From Octopus sinensis (lineage: Eukaryota), in assembly GCF_006345805.1 (NCBI RefSeq), contig NC_043000.1, positions 58,466,001-58,530,000 of the forward strand: 64,000 nucleotides of DNA. Direction: 5' to 3'. The notes under the pieces were generated by a model. The model ran no database searches. It was not told the origin of the DNA and saw only the letters and a program-made list of their open reading frames with translations. The position numbers were made by a program, and so were the translations under genes. Every line of letters starts with the position of its first letter. Position 1 is the first letter of the stretch. This document shows positions 1-12,998 of this stretch, piece after piece.

Positions 1-1416
1 TTTTCAAACTTTATTTCTTGAGAATAAATGTTTTTACAATATTTACATCTGCACCATGTTCTGATTGATTCGGTTTCCAATCTTCTTTAGGCTTCTTCAA
101 CTTATTAATGATGTTAGATTAATAATCTGAAAATTTATAATTGTACTAACAAAATCAGATTCTTTTAGACATATTTGGTTTTGGCTTTGCAGAATATTGT
201 GATCACTGATTGGATCCATTTTACTTCAATTATATCATTTATATTAGAAAAACAGAAAAACAACTGTACACTAGAATTTTAAAAAAAACAAAGCTTTAAA
301 AATCTAAGCAAATTAGAATTAGAAATTTCAGTTCAAATTTTATCCCTGCTACTTTTCTTTTCTTCTAATTTAAAATTTCAGAATGATATAAAGTTGATGC
401 TCTCATAAACTGAAACAAATCCTGTGGTGAATAAAATTAAAATATGTTTTTAAAATGAAACTGAAATTAAAACTTAAATCAATTTTTATTGAAGTTTTAA
501 TTTCAAAGGAAATATTCCCTCTTGGCTTTAGTTTCAATATTGAGTTTATGTTCTGATAGCAATTTTTTTTTTTTCTGCATTTAATTCTGGTTAAGAAAAC
601 TTAATTTTATTAGTTTGAAATTTCTAATCATATAGAAACCAAAGAAAAATATCTAAAGATAAAGTTCTTTTGTTCTGCTTCCATGTCAAGATGTTTGACA
701 TGAAATTGTATATCAAAACTAGATCATGCATCTTGATAGTGACTTTAGCCATTTATAAATACATCTTCTAGTGACTGCATCTGAGTTGTATTTTGCCACA
801 AAACCCCAAGAAGCTTAGTCCCCCCCCCCACTATTAACTTTGGTAGGTCCTTAGATTCATCTTATGTTTCTCTGCCAACAACATCAATGTAGTTTAGTGG
901 TCTTCATCTTCTCTCAGGGTGTGGAAGTTTCCAAAGTATGGCATCAAATTATGGCTTCTTTTTTGTTAAGTATTTAAGCAATGGTCAGCAAATCCTATCT
1001 TGCATTGAACAAAAATAGTAGGAATTGGTAGAATGTACCCATAAATCTCATTTTTGGTTTAATTTGATTTTGATGCTCCTTCATCAGAGTTCAGGTTTCA
1101 ACTCCATAGAGAAGAATGTTCTCTACACATGCCCTGAAGAAGACCAGGTCTTATTGACTTTGTGCTGTTTGATTCCTAGATATTCAGAAGTTTGTTGCAA
1201 TACCCCAGGCTTATCCCTTACTTTCTTACAGTACTTTCAGCAACATAGGATTCAACCCTTTTGTTACCATATCTCTGAATTACACTGATTTTGTTTCAAT
1301 TAATTTTGAAAATAATGAAGAATTTTGTAAAAATAACTGTCATTGTTAAGCTAATATTCAGAACATAAATTAGCAAGAAATTTTTTTTATGAAAGTGTTA
1401 ATTTAGATCACATTAA

Positions 1417-1631
1417 CCCTTTAGCATTCATATTCTGTCAAATGTAATACATATTTATTCACATTCTTTTGAGTTCATCATGCATTATCTCATTGCTTTA
1501 AGATTTCAATGATGTGACTTTACTTTAAAACTGACATTGTCAGATAGGTGTGAGAGGCTGGATCTGACCAGTTTGAACATAAAGAAGGTAGAATATTTGG
1601 GTCGGATATGGCCAGTTTAAATGCTAAAGGG
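1417..1631 (+). mobile_element. piggyBac-type MITE (215 bp)
   Basis: TIR CCCTTTAGCATT / AATGCTAAAGGG with TTAA on both sides (1413-16, 1632-35). Confidence 0.8.
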
Positions 1632-1639
1632 TTAAAACA

Positions 1640-2290
1640 AGGAGTTTGTACCATAGAACTAGGCAGATTGGTTTCAAAATGATCAAGGTATTTGAAACTT
1701 TTGACTCTCTTGAGTTGGGTGCCATCATTCAAACAAATTGGCAGCTGACTTCCATTTTCATTGATGGCCATGTATCCTGTCATCTTTGTATTGAGAAACA
1801 GGTCAACTTTAGTTGCAGTATCCTCAAGGAATAATCACAAGTCTTGTGCATCACATGGTTGATGAGCCATGAGGGGAAAATCATCAACATAATCACTATC
1901 AGAGATACAAGCTCTGCTGTTGTTTTGATTGCTTCAGCTTGATGATGAGATCTTTGGATTGGATCAAAACATTGACTAAGGATGTGGTCCACTTACAATC
2001 ATAAAATGAAAAGGAACTAGAGAGTCTCCCTAGGGGATTCCTCTTGGATCATTTATGCTTTACACAGACCTTGATGAGTTTTTATACATGGTGGTGATGG
2101 CTTTGTCCATATCATCTGAGATACCTATGTTAAAAACAGTATATACTCTCCTGTTGACACTGTCAAATGCCTTGAAGAAATCTACAAATACAATTGATAT
2201 TTTTTGTACTTGGAGATTCCGATCTCCTCTATGATTCTTCTAAGGGTAAGGATCTGCAGTAATGTTGATCTATTCTCATAGGAACCATTT
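1640..2290 (-). mobile_element. Decayed RTE-like LINE reverse transcriptase fragment
   Basis: Minus-strand fragments read SAFDSVNR, ISDSDYVDDF (YADD-like) and LKRVKSFKYL, with stops and frameshifts. Confidence 0.65.
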
Positions 2291-2811
2291 TAATTCCATT
2301 TTAGGATTGGATCATCTGAGAAGAAATTCTATTAATATGCATGCATCATTTATATTCAGTTGTTATAATTTTTTTAAAATGTATAGTATTTTGAGTAACA
2401 AAACATCACCATGTATCCTGACATGGGTTAAGCTAACCTATAGCATCTACATTGCTATACATGAACTTAAGGCTATGAATATAAGATGGAAATCTTTGAT
2501 AATCTTTTTCTTCTTTGGTTTCAGCCACATAGCGTTGGCCATGCTGGGACATCATGTTAAAATTAATACTAACCTATACTAATATGCATTATTCTATATA
2601 TAGTATACTTCATCAGTTGTTGACTAGAAATACAACATTGCAACTTACCAACTGGTTTATTCCATCCAGCGATGATACAGGAAATATGAGTTGGTTTAAA
2701 TGTACTGGCTTCAGTTTAATGTGAATTGAAATATGATGTTGAATTTCTAATTTCACAGATATTAATTTAACTATTTTTTTCTTTGTTCTGAAATTAAATT
2801 ATCAAATTTAA

Positions 2812-3031
2812 CCCTTTAGCATTTAAACTGGCCATATCTGGCCCAAATATTCTACCTGCTTTATCTTCAAACTGCCCAGATTCAGCCTCTCACACATATC
2901 CTGCAATGTCATTCTACAAATAAACAGTCATAACTTCGAAATCTTAAAGCTACAAGACAACACAGTTCTAACTTTAAAGAATGTGAATAAATAAGCATTA
3001 CATTTGACAAAGTAATCTGAATGCTAAAGAG
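2812..3031 (-). mobile_element. piggyBac-type MITE, same family as 1417-1631, opposite orientation
   Basis: TTAA flanks (2808-11, 3032-35) and CCCTTTAGCATT TIR; body is the reverse complement of 1417-1631. Confidence 0.8.
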
Positions 3032-3481
3032 TTAAGGGATTCTAATGAGTGGGTTCTGGTAAAAGTAATTTTGTTTCTAAAAATAAGATGTTAGTAAATA
3101 TGGTTTTGCATTTTCCTTTGGGATAAACTTTTCCACATTTTATAAGATAATTTTTATTTCATTGAATATAATATTTCACCTTACATTCACTTAAGTTGTA
3201 CATTCAATGTTTAAATCTGGAAAAAGATTGGTTTTCTGATTATTTCATTTTTCTAAAATAGCTATTTGTTAAGTTGCTTTAAGTGTTCAATCTTTTAGTT
3301 TTAACTTTGATGTGTTTTAGATTTTTATTTTATAACTGGTAACTAAAAATATTCCTGATTTTCTTTCTCAGTATTTAAAGAATTTTTTCATATCCTTTTA
3401 AGTTGGTAAATTTTTGATGAGAACAACCTCTTGTAATTTTGTAAGTTTTGTGTTTTGCCTAATTATTTGTAACTTCTTTAA

Positions 3482-3702
3482 CCCTTTCGTTACTGTATTT
3501 ATTTTGAGATGCTCTGTGTTTCTTTCAATCAATTTTAAATATAACAAAGAATTTAGTGAAATAACTTAGTTATCATTAAGCTAGTGTTTGGAACATAAAC
3601 TGTGACTAAGTTTGGTGGAAAATTTTAATTCAAAATGTATGAAAACAAGATATTTGTACTACAGAGCCAGAGCCGGTTTCAGCCGGGTTAGTAACGAAAG
3701 GG
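3482..3702. mobile_element. Second piggyBac-type MITE family
   Basis: TIR CCCTTTCGTTAC / GTAACGAAAGGG with TTAA flanks. Confidence 0.75.
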
Positions 3703-3819
3703 TTAATAAATAATATAAGTAAACCACAATGGCAGAACTATAGCTTTTAAACCCAAACTTGTTTAGGGTGCCTGCTGATTCACTTTAACCTTTATTTTAT
3801 GTGCTTTAAATTAATATAA

Positions 3820-4372
3820 GGTGCAAGCATGGCTGTGTGGTAAAGAGCTTGCTTCCCAACCACATGGTTCCAGCTCCAGTCCCACTGCATGGCACCTTGG
3901 GCAAGTGTCTTCTACTGTAGCCTCATACTGACCAAAGCCTTGTAAGTGGATTTGGTAGATGGAAACAGAAAGAAACCCCTTGTGTGTGTATACACACAGA
4001 CATTTATATAAAATACAAAATTGGACAAGAACGTAAAACATCCAGACAGTTAGTTCATACAAAAAGGGACAACAAAACATCCAGATAGACGATACAAAGA
4101 AAACAAGGACGGGTCATTCAGAGTTTTCTCTCCTCAGTCGAGTTCCAGATTATCTTTGCAGTGTGTGTACCTGTTTTGTCCCTGCTGTCATCTCTTGACA
4201 ATTGATGTTGGTGTGTTTATGTCCCTGTAACTTACCAGTTTGGTAAAAAAAAAAAGCAATAGAATAAGAACCAGGCTTACAAAGAATAAGTCCTAGGGTT
4301 GATTTCTTTGACTAAAAGACAATGCGCCAGCATGACCATAGTCAAATGACTTCAATAAATAAAAGAATAAGA
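3820..4372 (+). mobile_element. tRNA-derived SINE (family A), interrupted by an unrelated ~170-bp insert
   Basis: Head GGCTGTGTGGTAAAGAGC...GGTTCCAGCTCCAGTCCC (A/B-box-like) and tail ending AAAAGAATAAGAG; same family as 7021-7428. Confidence 0.65.
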
Positions 4373-7020
4373 GATACATGATTAATCTAATTAAAACAGA
4401 AGAGTTGAAGGTTTGTGTACAAGACAATCAACTGTGGTTAATAGTTTTATAAACAATATACCATATAATGAATATTTATAAATGTATAGACAGCTTTTCA
4501 ATAGTTAAATGGCTCTAGCATGGTAAAATTGAAGTAGTACACTCTTCAAACAAAATTCTCTCTCATGAGTAAAATCTGTAAGGATAGGACATAATTAGAT
4601 TTATTCTAATGTATCATTGCTGGTTGATTGTGTAGGATAGAGAGGAATTGTGATTAATTTTACTGACTAACAAAGCATTTGTATGACCAGTTAATACATA
4701 CGCAATGGCTCACCAAAGAAGCATCAATAAAAACACATGTACATAGACACACTTCCAAACTAAACCTGGTTATTTCTATGTGTCTGAGTACGCATTCACA
4801 CATCATATGTACATACATGCATTCATATATATTTACATTTACTCACCCACGCATGTGTATTTGTGTATATGTGCAAGTGTGCATACATGTGTATGTATGT
4901 ATGTATGTATGCATGTATATACTGATGTATATCTATGAAAGCAGTTCTTTGTTGTATATTCTTTTCCTATTTGATTTTGTATAACACACACTATTTGGTT
5001 AGTTATACATACACATGCATATACACCCAGTTACACACATGCACACATTAATTCTTGTTTTACAGAGACATATTATGGAAGTGACAATAAATGACGGAAC
5101 ATTTAAGTCACCATTTTATTGAAAAGCATTAGTAACATTGATTACTTGTCATTCATTATTAGTCAGAATCAGAAATTGCTTAGGGACAGGGTTTCTGTAG
5201 CAGAGGGAGCAGCAGGTCTTTGTTAGTTACCTGTTATTGATTTATTCCCCCCCCTTCACATTTTACCTAATCATACGTATTTTACTTTGTCCTGTTGTGG
5301 TGGGAGTGGGAGAGGTGATGATTGTGGTGGTGATGATGGTGGTGATAGTGAAGTTGATGGTAGTGTTGTTGTTGTTGAAGCTGCTGTTTAGCCTAGGGTC
5401 AACTCTGATCTTCTAGACCTATGATCAAAGGCATTCTAATCATGCCTATCCATATCTTTGTATATCTAGGACTAATTTATCCAAAGTGTCCTTTCTTTGT
5501 CTTTTAAGCAGGTCAAACAGTGTTGACAGGGTGATGGTGGTGGTAGTCAGGAGTGTTTTCATGGTGTTGGAATAATTGTTGTTGTTATTGTCAATGGTGG
5601 TAGTATTGGTAGTGGTGTTTATCATGATTATTGTAGGATTGGTCCTGTGAGAAAAGTGATAGTGTTAATTTTGGTGGTGGCCATGGTGGGGAAATTAGCT
5701 CTTGGTTATGGTGATGTTGTGAAGAGGATGGTAATAATGATAGTGGTGTTTGTGATGATGCAGGTAATTGTGATATTAGTAGGGAATTAAAGTGCTGTCC
5801 ATCATGAAAGAATAAAGGGGAAAAAACAGCTTATTTTCTCTTTGTAGAAGAAAAGAATTGCATTTCAGCAGTTTCACTTGATGTTCTTATTTGGATTAGA
5901 TTTGTGGTGAACAACAGGACCATCAATTAAACAAACTCTTTACAATATTCAAAATTTGATATTCTCGTTATGAGTTGAAATCCGACAGAGGTTCTTTTTA
6001 TTTTTTCTCACTATCTCTTTAAATGTTGATAAAATGATCAAAATCCAGAAATTTTCTTTTGTTGTAAACTTGTTATATATATATCACCGTGATCACTGTG
6101 ACCGACCAGGCTATCAGATGTTGCTACACATCGCTGGTCACAATGCACTTGGCATTGTTTTAGCCTTCAAAATGCCAATATATATATATGATCACCATCC
6201 ATTTTCCAAGCTAGCATTGGTTGGACAGTTTGACCAGAACTGGCAAGGAGGGGAGTTGCACAAGGTTACAGTCTAATTTAGCTTGTTTTCTATGATTTGA
6301 TGCCCTCCCCAATGCCAACCATTTTACAGAGTGTGCTGGGTGCTTTTTACATGGCACCAGCACAGGTACTTTTACATGGTGCTAGGACAGCTACCTATTA
6401 CATGGCGCTGGGTTTTTTTACATGACACCGACTCAAGGCTCATGCAGGCCAATCCTCTTCAGCAGGTGGAGGATGGGTCTTCTTGAGTACACACACACAC
6501 ACACACACATTAGCTTCTCTTCTAAATGGAAGTAGTGATGAAGCTTCTCTACAACAAGAACCTGGCCTGTCTCCTCACTCATAATTCAACCCCTCACCTC
6601 CTATCATAAAGTCAACTCCCATACTTTTGGGGTTTGTAATTTTGCAATCTGCATGGTGATCTCACTAGAGCTGGTAGCATATAAAGAGCCCCAGTGCATG
6701 CTGTAAAGTGGTTGGCATTAGGTAGGGCATCCAGCCATAAAAACCATGATAAAGTAGTCACTGGAGCTTGAATTTCCATGCAAATCCATGCAAGCTTGAA
6801 AAAAGTGATATGAAATGAATGAATGAACAAATGAGTGATGTGTGAATAGCATATCTATGACCAATGTCACTGGAACTGTGACCATTCTATCTTTTTAGAA
6901 TGTGCCTAGAACTACAGTATCATCACCATCTTTACAATGTGGACTGGGCACTTTTAAGTGGCACCTGCTCTGACAGGGTCACCAAGTACTTGCAAGACAA
7001 AAAAAAAACTTCATAGGCAC

Positions 7021-7428
7021 AGGAGTGGCTGTGTGGTAAGTAGCTTGCTTACCAGCCACATGGTTCCAGGTTCAGTCCCACTGCATGGCAACTTGAGCAA
7101 GTGTCTTCTACTATAGCCTTGGGCCAACCAAAGCCTTGTGAGTGGATTTGGTAGACCGAAACTAGAAGAAGCCCGTTGTATATATGTATATGTATTTATA
7201 TGTGTGTGTGTGTGTGTCTGTGTGTCTGTGTTTCATCTCCCAACGTTGCCTGAGAACCAATGCTGGTGTGCTTACGTCCCCATAACTTAGCAGTTCGGCA
7301 AAAGAGACCGATAGAATAAGTACTAGGTTACATAGAATAAGTCTTGGGGTCGATTTGCTCGACTAAAGGTGGTGCTCCAGCATGGCCACAGTTAAATGAC
7401 TGAAACAAGTAAAAGAGTAAAAAGAGTA
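7021..7428 (+). mobile_element. Full-length tRNA-derived SINE (family A)
   Basis: A-box-like TGGCTGTGTGGTAAG, B-box-like GGTTCAGTCCC, internal (TA)(TG) tract, tail GAAACAAGTAAAAGAGTAAAAGAG. Related copies at ~18710, ~19745, ~39875 (minus) and ~43375 (minus). Confidence 0.75.
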
Positions 7429-9820
7429 GGAGTCAGAACATTGAAGGAGGTGATCTTGTATTGGATGATGGAAAGTTATAGTGATACAGAGAGACAAAAA
7501 TAGGTGTCCTGTTGTAGAAGAAATACAAGTTTGGCCGGAGAAAGAAAGAGATTAGGAATGAAGACAGAAACAGGTGCGCTACCACAAAGGAAATACATGG
7601 CTACCCATCATCATCATCATCATCATTTAACATCCACTTTTTCATGGATCAGATGGAATTGATTGAGGCAAATTTTTTCTACAGCTAGATGCTTTTTCTG
7701 TTGTCAATCACTTGTTTTCAAACAAGGTAATGTTTCCCCACAGCCAGACATGGAATGCTAGAAACAAATGTTGCTTGCATAATGGTGATGCTAATTTGGT
7801 CATCACATGATATCAAACACACATATACATGCATGCATGTCCAGCAAATCCACTTTCAGATCTTTAGTTGACTCAGGACTATAGTATAATATACTTGCCC
7901 AAGATGCCACACAGTGGGACTGAACTCGGTTGTGAAGCAAGTTTCTTAACCACAAAACTACAATGTACAATAGTAAATGTATGTATGAGTATGTGTGTTT
8001 ATTTTTGTAAAATTAGATTTCTGTTGTTGCTGGAGGTTTCATTTGTTGAGCTAGAAGTAAGAATTTGGTTGTGATTTTTTGCATTTTAGATAATGTTTGT
8101 GTTTATTTCAAAAATTTCCTAATAATCCAAAATAATTGTCCTTAGATATTTGAAATGGAATTGTATGGCTTCTTTCTCTTTATAAGTTCATACTAAATGG
8201 CTAACCTTCTTGAGAGGCAGAGTTCATTGTTATTCTTATAATCACCATACCCATACACTCTGATAATCCACAAGGATGGAAGAAAATAATACATTATCTA
8301 ACATCAATCTAAATCTGGAGTTAAATAATCATTCCAAATGTTTTTTGATGTAATGCTATTACAGATGAATTATGGAACATTAATATTTTGTAAGAAAGAT
8401 CTCTTGTATTTTCCTAGTGTAATACATTGTTAGTTGATTCTATTTTTTTTCACAATATTATATATATCATCATCATCATTTGACATCTACTCTTCCATGC
8501 ATGCTAGGGTCTAACAGAATTTGTAGCAAGAGATTTTTATGGCTGGATACCCTTTCTGTCATCAACCCTCATTTGTTTTCCAAACAAGATATGTTTTCCA
8601 TGGCAGATTGGAAATAAATGACATGTATGATGAGGATGATGCTCATTTACAATTATTGTGTGATGTCTAGACAGTTGTCAGTAAAATTTAGTTGTTGAAA
8701 ACTGCAGAAATTCATGTTGAATCAAAAGATTTTTTCTATTTCAAACTTTAATAGTTCAAATAAATTACATACAAAAAGCATTTATTCATCAAAAATATAT
8801 CCTATCATATTTTATTGTCTGTTGCCATCATTGTACCAAAAGCTCAAGTCCATGCTTATACCATACCATTTGGCTGGTTTAGGAGCAAAAATTTCTCTGC
8901 AACCGTTTTCAACCTTACCCATATTGTTGAATTTCTGTCTGTACAGGAAGTGAGCCATGGCTCAGAAAAGATGTAATCTGATAGTGCAAAACCCTGTAGC
9001 CAGGGTGAGGCAGCATTTGCAGCCCTCAAGTTCCTTAAGTCTGCATTTGATCACATTGACAGTGTGTGCTGGAACATTGTCGTGCTATAGGAGTGCACAT
9101 CTTTGACTGAACAATGCCATGTAGTGGGCTTTCAAAGCCTCATATACTCACTGCATAAAGGTTTGATTTCATAGCATGACCATCTGCGACAATATATCTA
9201 CTTGACTGTCATCACTATCTTCATTTTAACGTCCACTTTTCCATACTTGCATGGGTCAAAAAAGTTTATGGAAGCAAATCGTTTTTATGGTCAGGCATCT
9301 TATTTGTTGCCAACTCTCACCTGTTTCCTAACAAGATAATATTTCCCATGACCAGACATGTTCTTGCAGAATATTGGAAATGAAAAACATTTCTTGTATG
9401 ACTGTGACAATCATTTTACCACTATCACGTGATACTAAGACAATGAGACACAAACATGCATGCATTCGCACACATATGTACACACACACAAACACACATA
9501 CACGTAACGTACACACACACACATGCAAACATATAATGGGCTTCTTTCAGTTTTCATCTACCAAATCCACTCACAAGGCTATAGTTGCCTAAAGCATCAT
9601 GCAGTGGGACTGATCCCAAAACTATGTGGTTAGGAAGCAAACTTCTTACTGCACAGTCACACCTGTACCTATTTAGCTTTTCTTTACAGCTTTTAAGTTT
9701 CCCAAGTTGACACCCATCTATATAATAACTAGAATCAACTGAATGAATTTATATGTTTGATAGTAACAGTTGTAAATATTCTCTATCAGAGCTATAATGG
9801 ATTTATTGTATGTTTTCTAG

Positions 9821-9902
9821 GACTGCATGTTATTTTGCGATGCCTGTGATAAAGGATATCACATGAAATGCCATCTTCCACGTGTGAATGAGAAACCAAA
9901 AG
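9821..9902 (+). CDS. Internal exon of a PHD-finger/SAM-domain chromatin protein (central part of a PHD finger)
   Basis: ttttctAG acceptor and GTAAGC donor at 9903. Translates DCMLFCDACDKGYHMKCHLPRVNEKPK(G), the LFCDxCDxGYHxxC core of a PHD finger. Phase 0 in, phase 1 out. Confidence 0.9.
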
Positions 9903-10249
9903 GTAAGCATTATAATCTGTTTTGTTTGAAGGTTTACATAGAAGGCAGTATGAGAATATATGATCATGATCTGAAACCTAGAATAATGGAACAATTACTA
10001 ATGTAAAAGGATTGATTCCTCATAGTTACTTTGAAACAAAACAAAAGCTTTAGAAAATATATGCAACAGAAGACCAACAAAGGGCTAAGAATTTGGTCCA
10101 TGCAAGTAAATGTGCAAACACAGGCTTAGACATTGACATATGTATGTTCTTAAGTACTTCTATATGTTTATACATACAAATTTGATCATATGATCACATC
10201 ATCCAAACAACACTCCACTCAGACATAATCAGATTCTATCCATGATGTA

Positions 10250-12186
10250 ACTCCAGTAGATATGGGCACATTGAAAGGTAGGTCTCATGAGATTGTAGAG
10301 ATGCTTGAAAGGAGATGTGTCAATATATGCTGCATACAAGGGGTAAGATGGAGGGGAGCTTCAGCCAGGGTCCTCTCAGGCAAGGGCACATAGGTATAAA
10401 ATCTTCTGGCAAGGTAACACGGATGGATTAGGTGGGGTAGGCATACTTCTTGCAGAAAATGGGTGGATAAGGTCGTAGAGGTCGTCAGGGTATGCGATAG
10501 AGTACATAAGCTCAGGCTAGTCCTGCAAAACAGTATAGCAACAATTATCTCCACCTAAGCCCCACAAGCAGGACTACAAATTGATCAGAAGGACTATTTT
10601 TATGATACCCTTCTGCAGGTTACCACGAAAACAAATGGCAATGACCTCATCTTTGCAGCTGGAGATTTTAATGGGCATGTTGGACAGCAGTCTGGTATCT
10701 TCACTGGTGTACACGGGAGCCATGGTATTGGTTCCTGAAATGAAGAGGGAACTAATCTACTGGAGTTTTGTGATGCATGTAGCCTTTTAATCTGCAACAC
10801 TAACTTCAGGAAGCCAGACAGCAGGACGCAAGGTTGCTCTTAAATACAAAGACCCTCCCGGGTGAAGAATGTACCCCCAGCATAGACTAGTCATTAGTGA
10901 CTTTAGACTTGAGACCAGAAGGATGCCAAGAAGCAGACCAATCAAGAAAAGAAGGATTTGGAAGCTAAAGAACCCTTCACCTTTAGGGACATCCTCATAA
11001 AGAAATTTGATGAGAGGGAGGAAAAGCTACAGAGCTCAGACATAGAGGGTAGCTGGAAATTCCTATGGAACAGCTTAGTGAGTGCCACAGACCAAGTCTG
11101 CGGATGGTGCAGAGTCCCTTCCAGATCTTGGGTAACGTGGTGATGGGACAATATGGTTGACAAAGCCATTAGAGCAAAGAAACAGGCCTGGAAAACCAGG
11201 AAGTGTGGGAGTAGGAGGGAACTATATGAGATAGCCAGAATGGAGGCTGTGTGACAGGTATAGATAGCCAAGGGAGAAGCAGAAAAGATTTTTTGCCAAT
11301 GTCCAGTGATGTGAGGACCAAAGAACTGAAGTATTTCAGAATCCAAGACTGTGTGAGACAAAACTTTAATGTCACAGGAGAGAAATGCGTCTGCATGAAT
11401 GATGGTGCACTTCGTTTTAATGATTCAGAAAAGAAAGAGGCTTGGAGAAGCCATTATGAAAGACTGCTGAACGTAAAGAATGAATGGGAGGAGGAGAGCC
11501 TGCCAAATGTTGACCCAGTGGAGGGACTAGCTATCCGAATAGACAGCACCCAGGTAGATAAAGCAATTAAAGGTTTGAAGCCAGGAAACGCCCCCAGCCC
11601 ATCAGGAATCACTGCTGAGATGCTTAAAACATCTGGTGGTGTGGGCTAAGGCCTAGTCACCCGTATTGTAAACCAGATAGTTCATGATGGAGTCATACCC
11701 AATGACTGGCATAGCAGCACCATAATCAACTGCTACAAAGTTAAAGATGATGCTTTAGACAGAAATAAGTATAGGGGTATCAAACTGCTGGATCAGGTGA
11801 TGAAGGTCACAGAGAGGGTCATAGCCCAACTAATTAGGGAGAGAGTCTGCTTAGATGAGATGCAGTTCAGTTTTGTGCCAGGTAGAAGCACCACTGATGC
11901 TTTATTCCTGGTATGGCAACTGCCCCTATATTGGCTTTTGTGGACTTGGAGAAAGCCTTTGACAGGGTTCCCCGATCCCTTATCTGATCCCCCTCTAGCC
12001 CCTGTGCTGGTGGCACGTAAAAAGCACCCACTACACTCTCGGAGTAGTTGGCATTAGGAAGGGCATCCAGCTGTAGAAATATGCTAGATCAGACTGGGCC
12101 TGGTGCAGCCTCCTGGCTTTCCTGACCTCAGTCAAACCGTCCAACCCATGCCAGCATGGAAAACGGACGTTAAACGATGATGATGA

Positions 12187-12190
<4 letters not shown>
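10250..12190 (+). mobile_element. Decayed RTE (BovB-like) LINE: APE endonuclease, start of RT, internal deletion, 3' tail
   Basis: Broken frames give AAGDFNGHVG (APE) and YRGIKLLDQVMKV.../MQFSFVPGRSTTDA (RT). At ~11985 it jumps to the 3' tail ending GGACGTTAAACGATGATGATGAT. Confidence 0.85.
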
Positions 12191-12259
<69 letters not shown>

Positions 12260-12379
12260 GAACGTAACTATTGCTCTTTTCTTCTGCACATGCTCTGAAC
12301 CATTCAGAACACTTCAATGTGAAGGAAAGTACTTTTCTCAAATTAAGGTTTTAGCAGTTTTGCTATACTCCATCGTCAT

Positions 12380-12680
12380 CATCAGCACCAACATTTAACA
12401 TCTTCCTTCCATACTGTCATGGTTTGACTGGAGCTGGTCAGACAGAAGACTGCACCAGATTTCTGTGTCTGTTTTGGCATGGTTTTTTATGGCTAGATAC
12501 CCTTTGTAATACCAACCACTCCAGAGAGTGAGCTGAGTGCTTTTTATGCGGCACCAGCATAGGCCAGGTCAATGGTTTGTACAGCTGGGTGCCCTTCCAA
12601 ATGCCAACCACTTTACAGTGTGGATTGCATGCTTTTTAAGTGACACCTGCACTGGCAGGGTCACCAAATATCTTTGTAAG
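12380..12680 (-). mobile_element. Short element with the RTE-type 3' tail
   Basis: (CAT)n then TTTAACATC...CCATACTGTCATGG, reverse complement of the RTE tail at 12000-12190. Similar decayed copies at ~6290, ~6655, ~7610, ~8466, ~9220, ~26145 and ~27800. Confidence 0.6.
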
Positions 12681-12890
12681 ACAAGGAACCTTTGAGAGGG
12701 GAGGGGGCATTGGAGAAGGTGATCTTGTGTCTGATGAGGAATGGTTAGAGTGTGACACAGAAGCAGTTGTCTTGCTGTAGAGGAGGTACATGGTTACCCA
12801 GTCAGAGAGAGAGAGAGGGAGAGAGTGTTTACATGAAAGAGAGCAGAAACTTCTTTATATTAATCTCCAAGTTGATTTTTTTTATTGCAG

Positions 12891-12998
12891 GAAAGTGGGT
12901 GTGTGGTCAATGTGCATCAGAAAGTGAAAATTGTCTAGCTCAGCCAATGGAATTCGAAACTGCAACTCCAGAAGAATCCTCAATGCCAACCACCAATG
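12891..12998 (+). CDS. Exon completing the PHD finger (WxCxxC) plus acidic linker
   Basis: tttattgcAG acceptor and GTAATA donor at 12999; 108 nt, phase 1/1. Joined to the previous exon it gives KPK-G-KWVCGQC, the canonical PHD end. Confidence 0.88.

Noticed and set aside
4104-4147. Minus-strand CUGAGGA-GAG(AAAA)CUC hammerhead-like start
   Set aside because: The following GAAA is broken (UGAAU) and stem I does not pair; at most a decayed relic.
7021-7100. tRNA gene
   Set aside because: Only A/B-box-like SINE heads; no complete cloverleaf could be drawn.
1-9820. Upstream exons of the PHD-SAM gene (candidate acceptors at ~919 and ~5065)
   Set aside because: Translations show no PHD or winged-helix pattern and soon hit stops; real exons may be missed or lie outside the window.
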